NCBI GenBank assembly: GCA_965242695.1
Contig: CBDESU010000001.1
Span: 896,001-960,000, forward strand
Direction of reading: 5' to 3'
Length of the DNA: 64,000 bases
Source: Cenarchaeum sp.
Lineage (GTDB): Archaea > Thermoproteota > Nitrososphaeria > Nitrososphaerales > Nitrosopumilaceae
A model generated the notes under the pieces. The model ran no database searches, had not been told where the DNA came from, and saw nothing but the letters and a program-made list of their open reading frames with translations. Position numbers and translations under genes: made by a program. Below are positions 48,560 through 58,400 of the stretch, piece by piece; the stretch's first letter is position 1; each line of letters opens with the position of its first letter.

Positions 48560-51403
48560 GTGCGGGCTAGGGGAAGGCGGCTAGGGGGCGCAGCCGCCCT
48601 GGCAGTCGCAGTCGCCGCGGCGGCCGCGCTTGCCGCTGTAGATGCAACGCCTGTGCCGGGCGCGCACGCGCAGGAAGATCCGTGCGGGGAGGACGCGGCC
48701 TGCACGGCCGTCGGCGTAGGGGTCCTCTTGGCGCGCGGCGAGGCGTTTGACGAGCAGAGGTGGGCGGCGTTCAGCGCGGCCGCTGGGAGGTTCAACGCGA
48801 TGCAGGACGGCCTGCCGGAAAGGGTGCTGATCAACCTGACGCGCCACGACCTGGTGCACGGCGCGGCGCACGAGGCGATATCGGCGGCGCACGGAGGAGG
48901 GACGGGGCCGCTGTACTATCTGGGGCCGACGTTCAGCAGCGACGTGGCCGGCGTGTCCGGATACGTTGCGGAGAATGGGCTCCTCGTCGTGAGCCCGTCG
49001 TCGTCGGCCGCATCGCTTGCGGTGCAGGGCGACGGCATCTACAGGACTACGGCGCCCGTCGACAGGGAGGCCGGCGCGATGGCCGGCCTGATCGTATCAG
49101 AGTCGGTGCGGGCCGTGGTGCCGGCCGCCCAGAACGGCGAGTTTGGGACCAGCACGCTGGAGACGATGAGCGCGGCCCTGGAGGCGGCCGGCATTGCGGT
49201 GGCGGATCCCGTGCGGTTTGACGCCCACGACATGGACACGTGGAGGGCCGCGCTGCCCTTGATCGACTCGGCGCTGGCGGCCGAGCCCGGGTCGGCCGTA
49301 CTGCTCGTGATCGGCTTTGAGACCGACTTTGGGGGCATGGCAACGGCGGCCGCCCAGTTCGAGTCGGCGGGGTCGGCAAGGTGGTTTGTTCCGAGCGGCG
49401 CTATCGATCCCGCGCTCGCGCTCGGGGGTATCGCGGCCGAGGCGGCGCGGGATACGCGCGCAACGACGCTTGTGATCGAGGATGCGGCAGGCGGCGCGGA
49501 TGCGAGGGCGGCGGTGCGCGCCGACATGGCCGCCGCGGGAATGAACGCCACGTCGTACGACTATTCGGCAAGCGATGCCGTGTTCGTACTGGGAGGGGCC
49601 GTGAGGCTTGCCGCCGAGGGGGGCGCCGACGCGTCTGCGCCGGCCGGCGCGGCGGCCGTACGGTCGAACATGCTCGCCGCCGCGCGCCTGCATGATGGTG
49701 CACTCGGCGACGTCAGGCTCGATGCGGCCGGCGACCTGAGCTCGCCCATATCGTACGGCGTCTGGTCGTTTGGGGACGGCGGGTGGGAGAGGATGGGGGC
49801 CGTTCAGGCCGACGATTCCTTCTGCACTGCGGGGATTGCGGGCTCGCCGGGGTGCACTGAAATGGGGATTGTTGCGCGGACGGGCTCGGCGGACGATGCG
49901 GCCGCGGCGGAGGCCGTACTGCTGGCCGTCGACGACTACAACTCGCGGCTGCAGGAGGGCGGCGCGCCGGCTCCTACCGCGCCGCCGTACATCGAGGCGC
50001 GCATACTTGGCATGAACGAGAGCGGGCCGAGCCCCGCCCGGGCCGCCATTGCGTCGGCGGCGGGGCCGGCGGCGTACGTAGGATCGCTGCCCGACGAGGA
50101 CTTGGCATCGCTGCGCGGTGCGGCGGCAGAGGCCGGCGCGCTCCTGTTCAGCGCCGCCTCTGCCGACCCGTCGCTGGCCGTACCCGGCGACGGCGTGTTC
50201 CGTCTGGCGGCCAAGCCGTCGGCTGCCGCGGCGGCGGCGCTTGCGGCAATGAGCAGCGACGGAGTCGGGACAATGGCCATCGTCGACGCGGGTGGCGGCA
50301 ACGGCGGGGCGGGCGCCATGGCGCTGTCCGACCTTGCCATGTCGTACGGAATTGATGCGGCCGGCGTCTTTGCGTACAGGGGAGAGGGCGGCGCGGCCGC
50401 GGCGGCAACGGCGGAGGATGTTGCGGCCGCACTGGCCGCCGAGGGGGACGGCCGGCCGCCGGATGCCCTGGCCGTCGCGATCGCCGGCGCTACGCCGGCA
50501 GACGTCGAGGCACTGGCGGCCGCAGCCGGCGCGAGCCCCACCTTGATATCAGCGCGGTGGTATGTAGTCGACGAGGGCGGGTATACGGCACTGCGGCCGG
50601 CGGGGCCGGCCCTGGCCGTCCTAGCAAGCGCGACAAACGTCTCTTCGGTGCACGCACAGTACGACAAGGCGGCAGGAGGCGGGGCGACCGGCCGCATCGC
50701 GTACGCCGTCGGGGATGCGGGCGCGCCGCCGTCCCTCTTGTACTCGTCGTACGATGCGGCCATGCTTGCGGCCGGCGCGCTTGGTACTCTGCCTGCCGGC
50801 AGCACGGCAGGCAACGCGTCGGCAGCCGCGGCCGCGGCGGCGACCGTCATACCGGCCGCGGCTATGTACCACGGCATTCTCGGCGACATTTCCCTCGACG
50901 CTGCCGGCGACCTGGCGCCGCCGTCCATGTACGTCCGCCGCGCCGCGCCGACGGTGCAGGGCGCAGGGTGGGCGGCGGCCGCCGGCATTCAGGTTCCGGC
51001 CCTGTGCAGCATGTCGATCGCGCGCGAGACGCTCGACTTTGGGGACATGCGCGCCGGCGACGTGTCGGGCGAGGCCAGGCAGACCATAGCCAACAGCGGG
51101 ACCGTGCCGTTCGCCCTGTCGGTGCATGCGTCGGGCTGGAGCGCGGGCGGGTCGCCAGTCCTGCCGGCCTCGGCCACCGAGTTCAGCGTTGGAGCCGGGT
51201 TTGCACCCCTGCCGGACGGGCCTGCAGCCGTCAGGGCCGGCGCGGGACAGGTCGCGCCGGGCGGGTCGCTGGACATCGACTACAGGCTCAACTTGGACTC
51301 GCAGCCGGCGGAGGAGGCGGCGGATGCAAAGGCGGCCGCCGGCCCTGCGGCCGGCATACGGATGATCCAGACCGTGTCGTACGAGATAGAGTGCCCGCAG
51401 TGA
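48560..51403 (+). CDS. Secreted protein with two LivK-like (branched-chain amino acid ABC-type) substrate-binding domains plus a C-terminal Ig-like domain
   Basis: Signal peptide. The pattern YLGPTFSS...VSPSSSAASLAVQGDGIYR...YSASDAV...GALGDVRLDAAGDL recurs as YVGSL...SAASADPSLAVPGDGVFRL...YSSYDAA...GILGDISLDAAGDL. The C-terminal domain contains LDFG...NSG. Confidence 0.85.
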   Translation: MRARGRRLGGAAALAVAVAAAAALAAVDATPVPGAHAQEDPCGEDAACTAVGVGVLLARGEAFDEQRWAAFSAAAGRFNAMQDGLPERVLINLTRHDLVHGAAHEAISAAHGGGTGPLYYLGPTFSSDVAGVSGYVAENGLLVVSPSSSAASLAVQGDGIYRTTAPVDREAGAMAGLIVSESVRAVVPAAQNGEFGTSTLETMSAALEAAGIAVADPVRFDAHDMDTWRAALPLIDSALAAEPGSAVLLVIGFETDFGGMATAAAQFESAGSARWFVPSGAIDPALALGGIAAEAARDTRATTLVIEDAAGGADARAAVRADMAAAGMNATSYDYSASDAVFVLGGAVRLAAEGGADASAPAGAAAVRSNMLAAARLHDGALGDVRLDAAGDLSSPISYGVWSFGDGGWERMGAVQADDSFCTAGIAGSPGCTEMGIVARTGSADDAAAAEAVLLAVDDYNSRLQEGGAPAPTAPPYIEARILGMNESGPSPARAAIASAAGPAAYVGSLPDEDLASLRGAAAEAGALLFSAASADPSLAVPGDGVFRLAAKPSAAAAAALAAMSSDGVGTMAIVDAGGGNGGAGAMALSDLAMSYGIDAAGVFAYRGEGGAAAAATAEDVAAALAAEGDGRPPDALAVAIAGATPADVEALAAAAGASPTLISARWYVVDEGGYTALRPAGPALAVLASATNVSSVHAQYDKAAGGGATGRIAYAVGDAGAPPSLLYSSYDAAMLAAGALGTLPAGSTAGNASAAAAAAATVIPAAAMYHGILGDISLDAAGDLAPPSMYVRRAAPTVQGAGWAAAAGIQVPALCSMSIARETLDFGDMRAGDVSGEARQTIANSGTVPFALSVHASGWSAGGSPVLPASATEFSVGAGFAPLPDGPAAVRAGAGQVAPGGSLDIDYRLNLDSQPAEEAADAKAAAGPAAGIRMIQTVSYEIECPQ

Positions 51404-51490
51404 TGCGCCTCCGTCGTTGCCCCGAACCTGCCCGCCTGCTTGACCCGTCAATACCGCACCCCCTAGCCCGCCAGGGTTGCGGCGTGCAGA

Positions 51491-51496
51491 TTTATA
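51491..51496 (+). promoter_or_regulatory. TATA box of the single-unit peptide gene
   Basis: TTTATA ~24 nt upstream of GTG 51520. The context is shared with the promoter at 51982. Confidence 0.6.
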
Positions 51497-51519
51497 CACC
51501 ATCAAGTGCGCCCTGCACC

Positions 51520-51657
51520 GTGAGCGAAAAGACGGAGAAAGATGGCGATCGCAAAAAGCCAAAGCGCGACAGGATGTTCACGGGCAGCCGCTCGTGGATA
51601 AAAAGCTCGGGTAACATGGAGTTTCCCGCCAAGTCGTGGTCCAAGGATGAAGACTAG
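51520..51657 (+). CDS. Small peptide, single repeat unit (45 aa)
   Basis: MSEKTEKDGDRKKPKRDRMFTGSRSWIKSSGNMEFPAKSWSKDED, with a TATA box upstream and hairpin plus T6 downstream. Homologous to the units of 52012..52488. Confidence 0.6.
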   Translation: MSEKTEKDGDRKKPKRDRMFTGSRSWIKSSGNMEFPAKSWSKDED

Positions 51658-51697
51658 CGGGTGCGGTCGCTCAGCTTTGCACCGCATGCCATTTTTT
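51658..51697 (+). terminator. Putative terminator (hairpin plus T6)
   Basis: ggtgc...gcacc stem followed by TTTTTT at 51692-51697. A near-identical element follows the second peptide gene. Confidence 0.5.
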
Positions 51698-51739
51698 GCA
51701 AGGCGTGAACACGGCTGTCTGTGGCAGCCTGCACGGGTG

Positions 51740-51960
51740 TCGACCTGCGCGGTGGGCAGCGGCGCAACATCGACGGGGTAGGATGCACAGCGGCGCGGCC
51801 GGCCGCATCGCAAGCGCCGTCGGGACACGGACGTACCGCCGTCCCTCTTGTATATATCGTACGATGCGGCCATGCCTGCGGCCGGCGCACTCGATGCATG
51901 GACGGCTGCTGGCACGGTGGTGGCGCAGCTACCGCCGCCGCGTTTTCCATGCTCACGGCG
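51740..51960 (+). pseudogene. Degenerate fragment of the substrate-binding protein gene
   Basis: ccgccgtccctcttgtatatatcgtacgatgcggccatgcctgcggccggcgc matches ~50726-50780 of the 48560..51403 gene, with deletions and frameshifts. Confidence 0.75.
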
Positions 51961-52011
51961 GCGAGGGCCGCGCCATGTGGATTTATTAAGCAACCACATG
52001 CGCCCTGGGTT

Positions 52012-52488
52012 GTGGGCGAAAAGAGCGCGGATGGCGATCGCGAGGAACCGAAGCGCGGCAGGATGTTCACGGGCAGTCGCCCGTGGATAGAGAGCTCGCG
52101 CGGCATGGAGTTTCCCGCCAAGTCGTGGTCCAAAGGGGACGAGGATGGCGATCGCGAGGAATCGAAGCGCGGCAGGATGTTCACGGGCAGTCGCCCGGCG
52201 TTAGAAAGTTCGCGCGGCATGGAGTTTCCCGCCAAGTCGTGGTCCAAAGGGGACGAGGATGGCGATCGCGAGGAATCGAAGCGCGGCAGGATGTTCACGG
52301 GGAGCCATCCGTATCTAGAAAGCTTGGGCAACAGGGAGTTTCCCGCCAAGTCGTGGTCCAAAGGGGACGAGGATGGCGATCGCGAGGAATCGAAGCGCGG
52401 CAGGATGTTTACGGGCAGTCGCCCGGCGTTAGAAAGCTCGCGCGGCATGGAGTTTCCCGCCAAGTCGTGGTCCAAGGATGATGACTAG
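52012..52488 (+). CDS. Tandem-repeat peptide precursor-like ORF (158 aa; four 38-aa / 114-bp units)
   Basis: Units start at 52030, 52144, 52258 and 52372: DGDREE(S/P)KRGRMFTGS-[variable 10 aa]-EFPAKSWSK(GDE/DDD). TTTATTAA at 51982-51989 precedes GTG 52012. Confidence 0.65.
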   Translation: MGEKSADGDREEPKRGRMFTGSRPWIESSRGMEFPAKSWSKGDEDGDREESKRGRMFTGSRPALESSRGMEFPAKSWSKGDEDGDREESKRGRMFTGSHPYLESLGNREFPAKSWSKGDEDGDREESKRGRMFTGSRPALESSRGMEFPAKSWSKDDD

Positions 52489-52528
52489 CGGATGCGATCG
52501 TCCAGCTTTGCACCGCATGCCATTTTTT
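52489..52528 (+). terminator. Putative terminator (T6), duplicate of 51658-51697
   Basis: cagctttgcaccgcatgccattttttgcaaggcgtgaacacggct is identical downstream of both peptide ORFs. Confidence 0.5.
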
Positions 52529-52761
52529 GCAAGGCGTGAACACGGCTATCCGTGGTAGCTTGTGCGGATGCCGATATGCACAGGGGGCGCTGGTGGAGAG
52601 GGCGGCGTTACTTGCCCTTGACAGCATGTTTGTATGTATGGCTTGCCGCATGCTTGCGAGGATCACATACGACATGGGCATTCCCCGCGTTGCGTCGCTG
52701 GCACTCTGCAAACTCCTAGCGGTGCGGACGTACGTAGTAGGGATCAAACCTGCGAAGCTTG

Positions 52762-52985
52762 GACTCGTCGGGGATGCGGCATGCCCTTTTGAGCATGCAA
52801 TCTTACCGGTGCATGCGTCGTGCTGGAGCGCGGCAGGCTCGACCGTCCTGCTGGCATCGGCCACCGAGATCAACGCAGGATCTGGGTTTGCGCCCCTGTC
52901 GGATGGGCCCGCCGCCGTCATGTCCGGCGTGGTCGAGTTTGCGTCGGGCGGCTGCTGGACATCAACTGCAGGCTCAACCCGGGAT
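52762..52985 (+). pseudogene. Second degenerate fragment of the substrate-binding protein gene (C-terminal domain)
   Basis: VHASCWSAAGSTVLLASATEINAGSGFAPLSDGPAAV aligns with VHASGWSAGGSPVLPASATEFSVGAGFAPLPDGPAAV (~51120-51300), then frameshifts. Confidence 0.8.
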
Positions 52986-53308
52986 TACCGTCGGCGGCGG
53001 CCCCGCGAGAGGGAGAGTGGGCGCATGCCAAGGACTCGCCTGGCCTTCTCGATGCGATCTATTCTATAGCCGCCCCGCCGCGCCGCCTCGACATCGGGTC
53101 GTGTGGCAGCGTGCGGACCGCGCCGGCGCGGCTTGGGCCGCGGTGCGAAGGCGCCCTGCAGGAATGCCCGGGCGCCGCCGAAGCGGCAGGGGTTCGGGCA
53201 GGTGTCGGCGGCGCCCCGACGCGTGGCCCAGGGCGATAGGCATGAATCTACCTCCCCTGCGTCTGCGGCATGCCAAATAGTTATAACTGCCGCCCGCGCG
53301 CCTGCCCC

Positions 53309-53557
53309 GTGTCCTACACGAAAGAGGATCTTCGGCAGATCTGGGAAAAGGCGCGACCCCCGCCGTCCAACTGGGACATGGCCGAATGGCGCATGGACGC
53401 ATTTCATGCGCTCATGAAGTGGAGCAAGTACGGCAAGAGGGCAGAGTACGGTTGGGAGGTCGATCGCATAGTTCCGCTGTACAAGGGAGGCGACAATGCC
53501 ATGGACAACCTCCGGCCCATGCACTGGATGAACCACGGGGCAAAGCACGAATGGTGA
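53309..53557 (+). CDS. Small HNH endonuclease-family protein (82 aa), catalytic His apparently replaced by Arg
   Basis: YGWEVDRIVPLYKGGDNAMDNLRPMHWMNHGAK compared with the family pattern GWEIDHI.P..KGG.D...NL.PLHW.NN..K. TTATAA at 53281-53286, GTG at 53309. Confidence 0.8.
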   Translation: MSYTKEDLRQIWEKARPPPSNWDMAEWRMDAFHALMKWSKYGKRAEYGWEVDRIVPLYKGGDNAMDNLRPMHWMNHGAKHEW

Positions 53558-53820
53558 CTTGCCTGGCGATCTACGCCCCGCGCAACACAAGGACCTCTGC
53601 ATTCGGCACGACCGCCAATGAAGGGTATTATCCCGGTTTCAGTAGTGGTTACGGTGGCGCGGCGCGGTCGCACGGCGGACCTGGCACCTGCCGCATGCGC
53701 CGGACGGCGTGCGGCAACAACGGCACTCCGAACGGTCCTATGCGGCGCGCGTTTTGGGAGCGGGGGAAAATGGGGGTGAGTGGCCGCTTTTGCACGCTTT
53801 GCGCGCCTGCCGGCCGGCCG

Positions 53821-54966
53821 CTACGCCAACTCCTGCCGCCCGCGCGCCGGCGAAGATACGAGCTCGCCGACGAGCCGCCCAAACTCATCGGCCCCGACCG
53901 GCGGCATCCCCATGACCTGCAGGTTCTCGACCCCGTGCCCAGCCGACTTGTGCCCGACGAGCGCAGCAGTGACGCCCGGCGCCGACCTTACGAACTGTAT
54001 GGCCCTCGCGGCGGGGCTCTCGATGCCGAGGAACTCGGGCAGGACGCCGGGCGCTAGCAGGCGGCCCTGCATGAGCGGCGCGCTCGCAAACACGCCGATG
54101 CCGAGGCGCCGCGCCGCATCGAGGGCGCACATCTTCTCGCCCCCGACTTCCTGGCTGCGCCGCAACAGGGCCTCGTCGTAGTGGAGGTTGAAGGGCATCT
54201 GCACGAACGCAAGGCCATGCTCCTCGCCCTCGCCGCCGGCCGCCGCTGCGGCCGCCGCGGCCGCGTCGGCCATGGACAGGTGCTGCGCCGTGCCGGGCTC
54301 GGCCCGAAAGCACTCCCACGTGGCCATCCCGTAGAACGCGATGCGCCCCTGCCTGCGCTTTCGCTCGTACATCTCGAAGACGGATGCGAGCGCGTCCATG
54401 AACGCGCCGCGCTCCATGTCGCGGTACTGCCCCTCGACGGCGTTGTGGAGGTACAAGAGGTCGATGCACTCCAAGCCCGTGTTCGCAAGGCTCCTGTCCA
54501 GCTGGTCCTCCAGGAACCTGGCCGTCATGCAGTGGTACCCCGACGAGACGTCGCCCTCCTTTACGATGCCCCTGTCCGTGTAGTGCTCCTTGACCTGCTC
54601 CCAGAACCCGCCGGCCGCCTCGGCGTCGTGCGTCACGTACCCGTTCTTCGTCGAGACGAACATCGCCTCGCGCGGCGGGGCCCCCTCGGCGGCGGCCAAT
54701 GCGGCAAGGGCCCTGCCGACGGAGCGCTCGGCGCGCTGCGCGCGGTAGTTTATGGCAGTGTCGACGACGTTGACGCCGGCCACGGCGGTGGCCGACACGG
54801 CCGCCTCTACGGCGCGGTCGGTCTGTTCGTCGGCCTCGCCCAGGTACGTGCCGATCCCGACGTTCGAGAGGGTGAGCCCGCGCGCGTTCGAATAGTTGCG
54901 CGCGTCCGCCGGCGAGGCGTCGGCGAACGCGGCAGTCGCCTCGGGGGTGGCGCGACCTGCCAGCAT
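53821..54966 (-). CDS. Aldo/keto reductase
   Basis: LSNVGIGTYLG, GVNVVDTAINYR.QRAERSVG, FVSTKNGY, SLANTGLECIDLLYLHN, VQMPFN and ASAPLMQGRL. ATG at 54966. Confidence 0.92.
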   Translation of the reverse strand: MLAGRATPEATAAFADASPADARNYSNARGLTLSNVGIGTYLGEADEQTDRAVEAAVSATAVAGVNVVDTAINYRAQRAERSVGRALAALAAAEGAPPREAMFVSTKNGYVTHDAEAAGGFWEQVKEHYTDRGIVKEGDVSSGYHCMTARFLEDQLDRSLANTGLECIDLLYLHNAVEGQYRDMERGAFMDALASVFEMYERKRRQGRIAFYGMATWECFRAEPGTAQHLSMADAAAAAAAAAGGEGEEHGLAFVQMPFNLHYDEALLRRSQEVGGEKMCALDAARRLGIGVFASAPLMQGRLLAPGVLPEFLGIESPAARAIQFVRSAPGVTAALVGHKSAGHGVENLQVMGMPPVGADEFGRLVGELVSSPARGRQELA

Positions 54967-55407
54967 GCGCGCGCGGCGGGGACGGGCGCTTTTAACTGTA
55001 GGGCGCGACCTGTGGGCGCGCATTGCCCCGCTACGACGCGGCGGGCGCCCTGCACAGGAGTGGCGAACCTCAGATCAAGCTCGCAAGGCGCAGCGCCGGC
55101 ACGGTGACAGTAGGACTGTGGCACCCCCACATGCAAGCCAGAATGCCGAACTCCACAGTCGCCATGTATACCAGGGATATTCCCTTGCGGCAGTTGCGCC
55201 TCGTCACAACGTACGCCAGTCAGAACCATGTTGTACTGGTGTCGTCACCGTGTCCCGCGGCGCTCGGGGCTACGTAGGGGATCCGGTACCACAGGCTGTC
55301 GCAATAGTTGGGCGGCCTGCGTAGTCGTCCACAGATCCCATAACACCTGTCGCTAAAATGTTGCATCTATATAGAAAAGGCTATTATACTAGAAGAAAAA
55401 ACGCGGC

Positions 55408-58400
55408 TTGTTGAGAGAGGTTCTGGTGAGCGATCTGGTGGAAAACCTGCTCGGTCCAAGGGGCGGGGCCGAGGAGGTGCTAGAAGGGACGCCTCTGGCC
55501 GAGTATATAACGGGCATACTTTCGCCTCCAGACACAAAAAAGGTGGATGATGACACTGGCGCCCGCGAGGGTAGCCTGTCTGAGATGGTCGCCGCTAGTC
55601 TGCAACGCCCCCGTGAACAGTACTATGCGGAGAGTGAAGAGGACGATGACGCAGACGACGAGATCAGCGTATCTCCTCAACTCTCACCGGTGCTAGACCC
55701 GAAGCAGACTCCACCGTCAATGGGAATCACATTTGCCGTGTCGTTTAAAGGAGAGCCCGAAGTGGACATATGCGCTACTTGGGGCAGGTACGCAGCCATT
55801 GCGGAAAACCCAGGACGGTGGAAGAGGGCGTCAAGGTACTATCTGACAAAATTTTCCGGCAAAGAGAACGTAATTTCCGTAGGGCCCGATGGCAAGGAGG
55901 TTGATAAGGGGAAGGGTGCCGAAATATCCCTGCACACGATGACCCGGAAGGGCGACAACGGAACCCTAATCATAAGCATCTACATGGTAAACCGCGTCGG
56001 TGCTCCTGCTGACGGAAGGGTGACTGCGGCCCACTGCATATTTCAACCTCAGATACGTATCATTTGCGGGGCAGGGACAAGGCTCAGTGCCGAGTACAGC
56101 ACAAGCACCGCACCAGGTGACGACGAAGAGAACGAGGTGCTGTACAGAAACAAACGATCCTTGGCAAGAGGTCACATGACCTCGGCCGTATGGAGGGTGC
56201 AGATCCGGAAGAGGAGTACAGTGGGAATGTCGACTTTCCCGAATGCGCCACGGCGCCGGGCTTTGCGTGGGCCGACGGGGCCGCAGTGCCCGGCCCCGTA
56301 CGACAGAAATTCTCGCCGTGCGACGCAAGGACTGAGTACATCCCAATGCACAACGTGCCGGCTCCCGACTTTTCTTGGCCAGCTCAGAACAGCCCCGAAC
56401 TGGATGCTGCGGTGTATGCGGAAGAGTTTGACCCCGTTTCCCTTCGCAGGCTCCTTGCTCCCTTTGACACGGAATACGGAGGGTGGATTGCGCGGCTTCG
56501 ATCCGCCCAGATCCCCAACGAGGAGGTAAAGAGTCGCATGATTGCCGCAGCCGAAGAGGTCCGCTCAAGGATCGCAAGTGGGATAGACCTGCTGTGCGAC
56601 AACGAAGATGCGCGCTTGTCGTTCTGCTTTGCAAGCAAAGCAATCGACCAGCAGGCGCGGTGGGCGGTAGGGGGGAAGGACATGGAAACTGGACCCGTGT
56701 CCGAGGCGGAAGGTGTCGTCGTGCCGCAGTCTACGGCGATAAGGGGCACGGGCGGCGGAATGAGGTTCAGGCCATTCCAAATTGCGTTCATACTCATGAG
56801 CGCGGAGTCCGTGCTGAAGCCAGATTCGAAGTACAGGAAGACTTGTGACCTCTTGTGGGTGCCGACAGGGGGCGGAAAGACCGAGGCGTACCTTTTCTTG
56901 GTCGCCATGGTTGCCGCATACCGCCGCCTCCGCGCGGCAAAAATCAAACTGGACAATATCCCCGGCGATGGAGTCTCGACGATCAGCAGGTACACACTGA
57001 GGCTACTGACGATACAGCAGTTTCGCAGGACGGTGTCGCTTTTTACTGCCATGGAGTTTCTGCGTGTAGACGGCCTCGGAGAGGATCGACCTGTGGGCTG
57101 GCGCCCGTCGTCCATGCGGAACGGCGGCGACTTTTTGTGGGGAACGGCGCAGTTCTCCGCTGGGCTGTGGGTGGGCAATACTGTGACTCCAAAGCGCCTG
57201 AGGGTCGGCGGATACAAGGGGCGGAGCCCTGGCGCCGTGGACTTTTTGGCAAATCCAGACTTGGTAACACAGCACACTGACCAAGGAGAGCCAGCACAGG
57301 TGCTGAACTGCCCTGCCTGCGACACGGTACTGGCCGTGCCCGACTCTGGGATTGCACACGAGGCCAACATTCACTACGTAATGCGTACGATCCCCGATGA
57401 GTGCGGCGCCGCACTTGCGGACGGTATTACGGTGGATAATCTGAAGGTGTCAGGAATAACAGTGACGCGTGGAAACGTGGACGGGACAGCCACCCTGTCT
57501 GCTAGGCTGGAGTCGGACTCGATCACGAGGGCCCACCTGGTTCGCTTTTACGGCGAAATTGAACGAAGGCTCAACAAGGCGGGCGCCCCGTTCATGCGAG
57601 CATTCGTACACCCTGCCCGTCCGGGATATTTCCTACGGACCTACACCAAGGCAAGGGGTGGTGACGAGCCTTACGACTTTCAAATTTTCTGCCCAAACCC
57701 GGAATGCCCACTTGCAGGGCGGCGCTGGGCATCGGGCACACCAACGGGGAGCACGCACGGCAGGCGTCCCGACCACGAATTCGCAGATGACACCGTATGT
57801 GGCACTCGAGCTCCCGACGGAAACCGCTTCACCGATATCATAGGTGCGTTTGCCGTAAGTCGACACATTGCAGATCGCATACCCGTACCCGCCTACACGG
57901 TGGACGATCAGGTGTACGGACAGCTTCCGACCATGATCGTGGGAACGGTAGACAAGTTCGCCAGAATCCCGTTTGAGCCGAAATCTGCAGCAATCTTTGG
58001 CAACGTTGAGTACCACCATTGCACAGCAGGATACCGCCTAGCGCTGGATGCCGATAAACGCATCCCTCGCGGCGTCGGCGTGGAGAAAAACTACATCAAG
58101 GTCAAGCCCATCGCGAAGCCGCGCCGCCCTGATCTGATCATACAAGACGAGGTCCACCTAGTGGACGGGCCGCTAGGTAGCATGTTCGGCATGTATGAAA
58201 CCGCCGTCGACGCGTTGTGTGGACATGGCGAATCTCCTGTGAAGTATGTCGCATCTACAGCTACGACGCGACGCTCGGGAGACCACGTGAGGGCGTTATT
58301 CGACAGAGATCTGTCAATATTTCCACCGATGGGACTGAATGCGGACGACCGGTTCTTTATAAGAGGCACTCCGATTCATCCTCTGGATGATGGCCGCCCC

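Noticed and set aside
51541-52488. 114-bp array as a CRISPR array or a DGR template/variable repeat pair
   Set aside because: The variable segments are homologous to one another rather than foreign spacers. Differences include C/T and G/C changes, not only adenines, and there is no reverse transcriptase in the window.
55030-55350. Intergenic segment between the aldo/keto reductase and drmA as a gene or att site
   Set aside because: It has only short frames with stops, and I found no direct repeat matching the other end of the island.
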